From NCBI GenBank assembly GCA_965218095.1, contig OZ244587.1, forward strand, positions 1,536,001-1,600,000: a DNA stretch of 64,000 bases, read 5' to 3'. The notes beneath the pieces were generated by a model. The model was not told the origin of the DNA, searched no databases, and saw only the letters and a list, made by a program, of their open reading frames with translations. Shown one piece after another: positions 59,897 through 64,000 of the stretch (within the stretch, counting starts at the first letter, position 1; each line of letters begins with the position of its first letter). The stretch comes from Candidatus Poribacteria bacterium (GTDB taxonomy: Bacteria; Poribacteria; WGA-4E; PCPOR2b). The translations under genes were made by a program, and so were the position numbers.

Positions 59897-60970
59897 ATGA
59901 GCACAGTCAAATACCATGTCGCTATCATCGGCTGTGGGCGGCTGGGACAGCATTATGCCCAGGCCTACTCCACCTATCCCGACACCGAGCTCGTTGCCAT
60001 CGCGGACTACAATCCCGACCGACGCAAGGCCCTCGGTGAACGCTTCGGCGTGCGCGCGCTCTATCCGGACGCGGAAAGCCTACTGCGCGAAGTCGTCCCG
60101 GACATCGCGGCGGTGGTGACGCCCACGAAGTACATGAAAGATGCTGTAATCGCCTGCGCTGAAGCCAGTGTAAAGGGGGTGTCCACAGACAAGCCGATTG
60201 CGGGCGTCCTTGCAGACGCAGACGAAATGGTGGAAACCTGTGCTAAACGCGGTGTCGTGTTTGCCGGGGGCAACCTCCAGCGTGCGATGAACGAGGTCCA
60301 GGAAGCCACGCGGCGCATCCATGCCGGGGAGTTTGGAGAGTTGGCGGGCGCCAGTGTCCACGGGTTCGGCGGCGAGATTTCCGGCGGTGGCTGCCAGCAT
60401 ATCTCAGTTTTACGGCTGTTCACGGGCGCAGAGGTGGACGAAGTCATCACTTGGGGCACGCCGACGGAGGCACTCGCAGGTGACACGGACGAAGGCCTGA
60501 TTATCCACGGACAGTTCCACTTTACCTCTGGTATCGACTGCGCGGTCTTCGGCACGCAGACAACCTGCCGAGGGGTGGACGTGTGGAGCGAGGATACGCT
60601 CGTCCGGTGGGATTGGGCACCGCCGGAGATCTTCTGTGGCTGCGACGCAAAAGGAGCGCGTGTCCGTATAGATCCCGGATACGCTGTCTACCCGTGGAGC
60701 GAGTTCGGGTACCTGACGGGTTCCATCCGGTCCTTCCTCGCCGCTGTGGCGGGAGAGGGTGAGCCCTGGATTACGGGCCACGACCTCCGGCAGGCGCTGG
60801 AAGTCGCCATCGCTGCCAAACACTCCGCCAGTCTAGGTAGTGTGCCGGTACGGTTGCCGCTGGAGGACCGGTCGCTTGGACTGCTCCCTCGTTCCTACCG
60901 GTGGCTTGGCGGGGACGTTACCGGCAGGCCCCAGAGCGTGGAGGAAGCGGCTGGACGGGAATCAACGTGA
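59897..60970 (+). CDS. Gfo/Idh/MocA oxidoreductase
   Basis: AIIGCGRLG, DIAAVVTP, DKPIA; AAGGAG RBS. Confidence 0.9.
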   Translation: MSTVKYHVAIIGCGRLGQHYAQAYSTYPDTELVAIADYNPDRRKALGERFGVRALYPDAESLLREVVPDIAAVVTPTKYMKDAVIACAEASVKGVSTDKPIAGVLADADEMVETCAKRGVVFAGGNLQRAMNEVQEATRRIHAGEFGELAGASVHGFGGEISGGGCQHISVLRLFTGAEVDEVITWGTPTEALAGDTDEGLIIHGQFHFTSGIDCAVFGTQTTCRGVDVWSEDTLVRWDWAPPEIFCGCDAKGARVRIDPGYAVYPWSEFGYLTGSIRSFLAAVAGEGEPWITGHDLRQALEVAIAAKHSASLGSVPVRLPLEDRSLGLLPRSYRWLGGDVTGRPQSVEEAAGREST

Positions 60971-61105
60971 TGTTGCTTTGAGAGAAATGTCTGACTGTTG
61001 ATTGCCGCCATTTCACGATGCTGTTGTGCACAGTGTTACGTCTAAGCTAACGTCTGAATAGGATATAATGTTCACATTCGCATCACAATTTTAAGGAGAG
61101 TAAAA

Positions 61106-62366
61106 ATGACTCCTGGAGAAATTAATCTTGGTATAGTCGGCGCCAGTGGTATGTACGGCCAAGGAGTAATAAAACGAACATTTGTCCAGGTGGCAAATTT
61201 CGGGATTAAACCGTGGCTTGGCAATCTAGGTATGGAAAGGTATGCCACTGATCTCCCGGAGATCACATTCAACATCGTTGCAATTGGAACCCGAAATGAA
61301 AATTCTGGATTACGCATGCAAAGCGAATACGAGGCTGGAACCGGAACATCTCCCTCCTTTTTTTGGGGCGATGTGCCATGGGAGGACATGCTCGACGAGC
61401 ATCCAGAAATTGATGTGCTGGTGGTAACCACTCCAGACCATCTACATTATCAACCTACAGTCTATGCGCTTGAAAAAAACATGCATGTTATCATGCAAAA
61501 GCCCATGACGCTGAAGCCAGCCGAGGCGGATCACATCATTGCTTTAGCGAATAAAAAAGATTGTGTGGTCACCATTGATACGCACAAACACTTCGGCCCC
61601 AAACACATCCATGTCAAACATGTCAAAAACGAATTTTACCACAGATGGGTACGCCACGCTCTGGTGTCACTTTTATGGGGGCTCCCCTCAAACTCGCACA
61701 GGGATTCAACTGGCGAAAATTTCAGATCCAACCGCCTTGTTAGGATACCATTGGACAGACCTCATTCACTGGTTCTTTGGAGCAAAGCCAGTATCGCTGC
61801 ACGCTATTGGACAAAAGGGCCTTCTACAAGACACCTATGATTCAACAATCGTCACCGTGACGTATGACAACGGGATGACGATCAGCTATCATGCAAACTG
61901 GATTATGTCCGATGCCTTCGAAGCACCTGTAAAGCAAGGTATGGAGATTCTCTTTGAAAAGGGTTTCATTATCGCTGACTTACAAAGAATTGGCTTAAGC
62001 TATTGTCTTGAAGGAAGTGGAAGCCATACTGTGAATCCGCACTTTACATTGGATATCCCACGCCCAGATGGTTCATACTCACTTGCCGGTTATGGACAGA
62101 TCAGCCTCATCAACTGCTTGCTCACAATTTCTAGAAAAATGTTCTGTTCCACAACACTCGATAAACTGGCTCCGATGCATACGACACCCGAGGCATCAAG
62201 AATTTCAGTGATAATTTATGCAGCGGCTCGGCAAGTGATGGAGCTCAATACAAAGTACCTTGTGATGGGCGAAGGAACACCTGTTACCGCAAAGTTTGGA
62301 ACAAGCAGTATTACCATCAAAGATCCAATTGGTGAAGATGATAACGCCTACACTCAACCAATTTGA
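61106..62366 (+). pseudogene. Gfo/Idh/MocA oxidoreductase with frameshifts near 61640-61715
   Basis: VTTPDHLH, QKPMT in the 5' ORF; GYHWTDL...ISYHANWI in the 3' ORF. Confidence 0.8.
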
Positions 62367-62535
62367 ATCTTTCACTTCTTAGAAAGTCCATCCGTAGTAG
62401 TTCACTGTCGGATTAGTTTTGGCAAGTCTCTCACCGCGAGCAGGGTTATTTCACAGAGCAGTAGCCGAACTCGTGAGAGTTCGGACAACTCTCCAAATTC
62501 TCACGAATTCGGTTACACACAAAAAGGAGAAGATT

Positions 62536-63556
62536 GTGCGTTTCTGCGTAGCATAATGCAATGATGGTGAGATTCCATCTACAGTAGCTTACAACTGCAA
62601 GCCTAACCTTAACTGCGTTGCTGGAAACGGCAGGGTGGGAAGCAAAGGGAAATGGCGCATATCTCGTGGGGAATGCAGACCCTATAAACTGATACGTCAG
62701 GCTAAGAACGGCAAGGCTAAAACGAAAGTTGAACTGATGATTGAAACCTCGTAACCTTTGAGTAGGTGAATCTGCGGGGGAAGGATTGAGAACCCTTCTG
62801 TTACCAGCCTATAACTAAGCCAGTGCGAGCTAAGGAGTGATACCTTATTCTTATATCACTCAAAGATGGTATGTAAATCTTTCATACCATTGGTAAGCCA
62901 TACAGCTTCGGGGTATAGTCAGAGCCTAAACCGTTCAGAACGTGCATTATGTGAGAGCAGGAAAGTCCCTAAGTCGTCTTTATGAGACGATAAGGGAGAG
63001 GAGATTGGACAGGGCGTAAAAACCCAAGCACAATCAGAGTCAAGGCAAGGAAAGGTTTATGATAATGGATTTAACCACAATCGGAAGAAAGCAATACACG
63101 CCGAGTGGCACAAATATATTCACTCAGGAAAATATACAAAGATTGAGTGGAGATATTATGTGTATCTAACAAAAACTTGACCATGCGGTTGCAAGTGATG
63201 ATAGAACCAAGATGAAATGGTATAACGCCAGAGCATATTGGGATAAACGTGAATACATCAACGCACGAAACAGTATCAACGGGAGTCCAATCCTGTCGAA
63301 ACTGTTTAGAATGCAGAAGGGGTGCTGTGAGTATTGTAGTCAATCCATAACCGATACACAAGTTAGGGAGACCACAATACACAAGCACCACTTAAAGCCA
63401 CGAAGTGAGGGCGGTGACTGGAAATCAGGCAACCTACGATTACTACACACCGAATGCCACCGAACACTTCACAGCACGTATTCACGGAAAGAAATGGCAA
63501 GCCTCATCAGCAAAAGTATTGATTACCTTCGACTAATGAAGCCAGCCATGACATAA
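62536..63556 (+). mobile_element. Group II intron remnant: 5' end, domains I-III and part of IV; RT/maturase deleted; DV/DVI not found
   Basis: GTGCG 5' boundary; gcataatgca (62551-62560) pairs with tgcattatgt (62943-62952) closing DI; DII/DIII-like hairpins follow; IEP-type HNH ORF downstream. Confidence 0.78.
63212..63556 (+). CDS. HNH endonuclease domain of a group II intron-encoded protein
   Basis: YWDKRE...LFRMQKGCCEYC...HKHHLKPRSEGG....NLRLLHTECHRTLH. Confidence 0.75.
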   Translation: MKWYNARAYWDKREYINARNSINGSPILSKLFRMQKGCCEYCSQSITDTQVRETTIHKHHLKPRSEGGDWKSGNLRLLHTECHRTLHSTYSRKEMASLISKSIDYLRLMKPAMT

Positions 63557-63584
63557 TGCGATAAGTTACTTATTCCTCAAAATG

Positions 63585-63812
63585 CTAAACTTTGGGGATA
63601 CTCTCAACAATAAACGTAACATTTTCAACAAGAGATGCAAGAGTATCCTTAATAATCTGCAAATCTGCTTTGACAAAATCCATATCAGCCTTGAGGTTAT
63701 CTATAGAAGCTACAATTGGACGGCGACCAGCCTTCAACAATATAACTTCAGTCTCAAGCGCAGAAACTCGCTGTAGAATCTCTAAATCAGCAGGAACTGC
63801 ATGCTCAGGCAT
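63585..63812 (-). CDS. Small coiled-coil hypothetical protein
   Basis: GGAGG RBS, ATG 63812; heptad pattern IDNLKADMDFVKADLQIIKDTL. Confidence 0.6.
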   Translation of the reverse strand: MPEHAVPADLEILQRVSALETEVILLKAGRRPIVASIDNLKADMDFVKADLQIIKDTLASLVENVTFIVESIPKV

Positions 63813-63841
63813 AACTCCCTCCAAAAACTCTATAGGTATCT

Positions 63842-63881
63842 ATCTATGTATAACTGGTGTAATCTATGTATAACTGGTGTA
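63842..63881. repeat. 20-bp tandem duplication
   Basis: atctatgtataactggtgta x2. Confidence 0.85.
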
Positions 63882-64000
63882 ATTATGTTAGTATAACATA
63901 GCGACAATATGGAGTCAAGGGGGAGCTGCGCAAGACTGCGCAGAAAGTGCTATCCTAACGTTGAGAATCATAATGAATCTCTCTAAAACCCTCAATATGT

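Noticed and set aside
63212-63556. HNH plus upstream structured RNA as IscB/OMEGA (HEARO)
   Set aside because: No PLMP or RuvC motifs; the RNA begins GTGCG and the ORF matches the C-terminus of intron-encoded proteins
58659-63881. 20-21 bp repeats as possible mini-CRISPR arrays or iterons
   Set aside because: Directly abutting two-copy duplications with no spacers and no cas or rep gene

Overview
Bacterial chromosomal window, inferred to be Candidatus Poribacteria or a relative. The inference rests on tandem WD40-dockerin-'LLPNYPNPFNPETW' proteins, five PhyH-family dioxygenases, and sulfatase/GH88/Gfo-Idh-MocA catabolic genes. It holds a housekeeping block (apt, tRNA-Arg(CCT), secD, secF, a histidine kinase/NtrC pair, UPF0182, a BamA/TolB-like protein) set in a heavily decayed accessory landscape with about 18 pseudogenes or fragments and several families of miniature inverted-repeat elements, many with visible target-site duplications. 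Highlights absent from the ORF track: (1) an otherwise intact 81-codon DUF5069-like gene (34243-34488, minus) with an in-frame TGA exactly at the family's conserved Cys, a candidate selenoprotein, plus a decayed DsrE-like UxxC gene; (2) a decaying integron (intI pseudogene, Pc, attI, broken first cassette) and, 23 kb away, a solo intact cassette with a full attC encoding a secreted kinesin-light-chain-type TPR protein; (3) a group II intron remnant that lost its RT but kept an open HNH ORF; (4) genes frameshifted by perfect 7-8 bp tandem duplications; (5) small in-frame insertion domains in SecD, SecF and UPF0182. All family calls are from motif recognition by eye; no searches were run.
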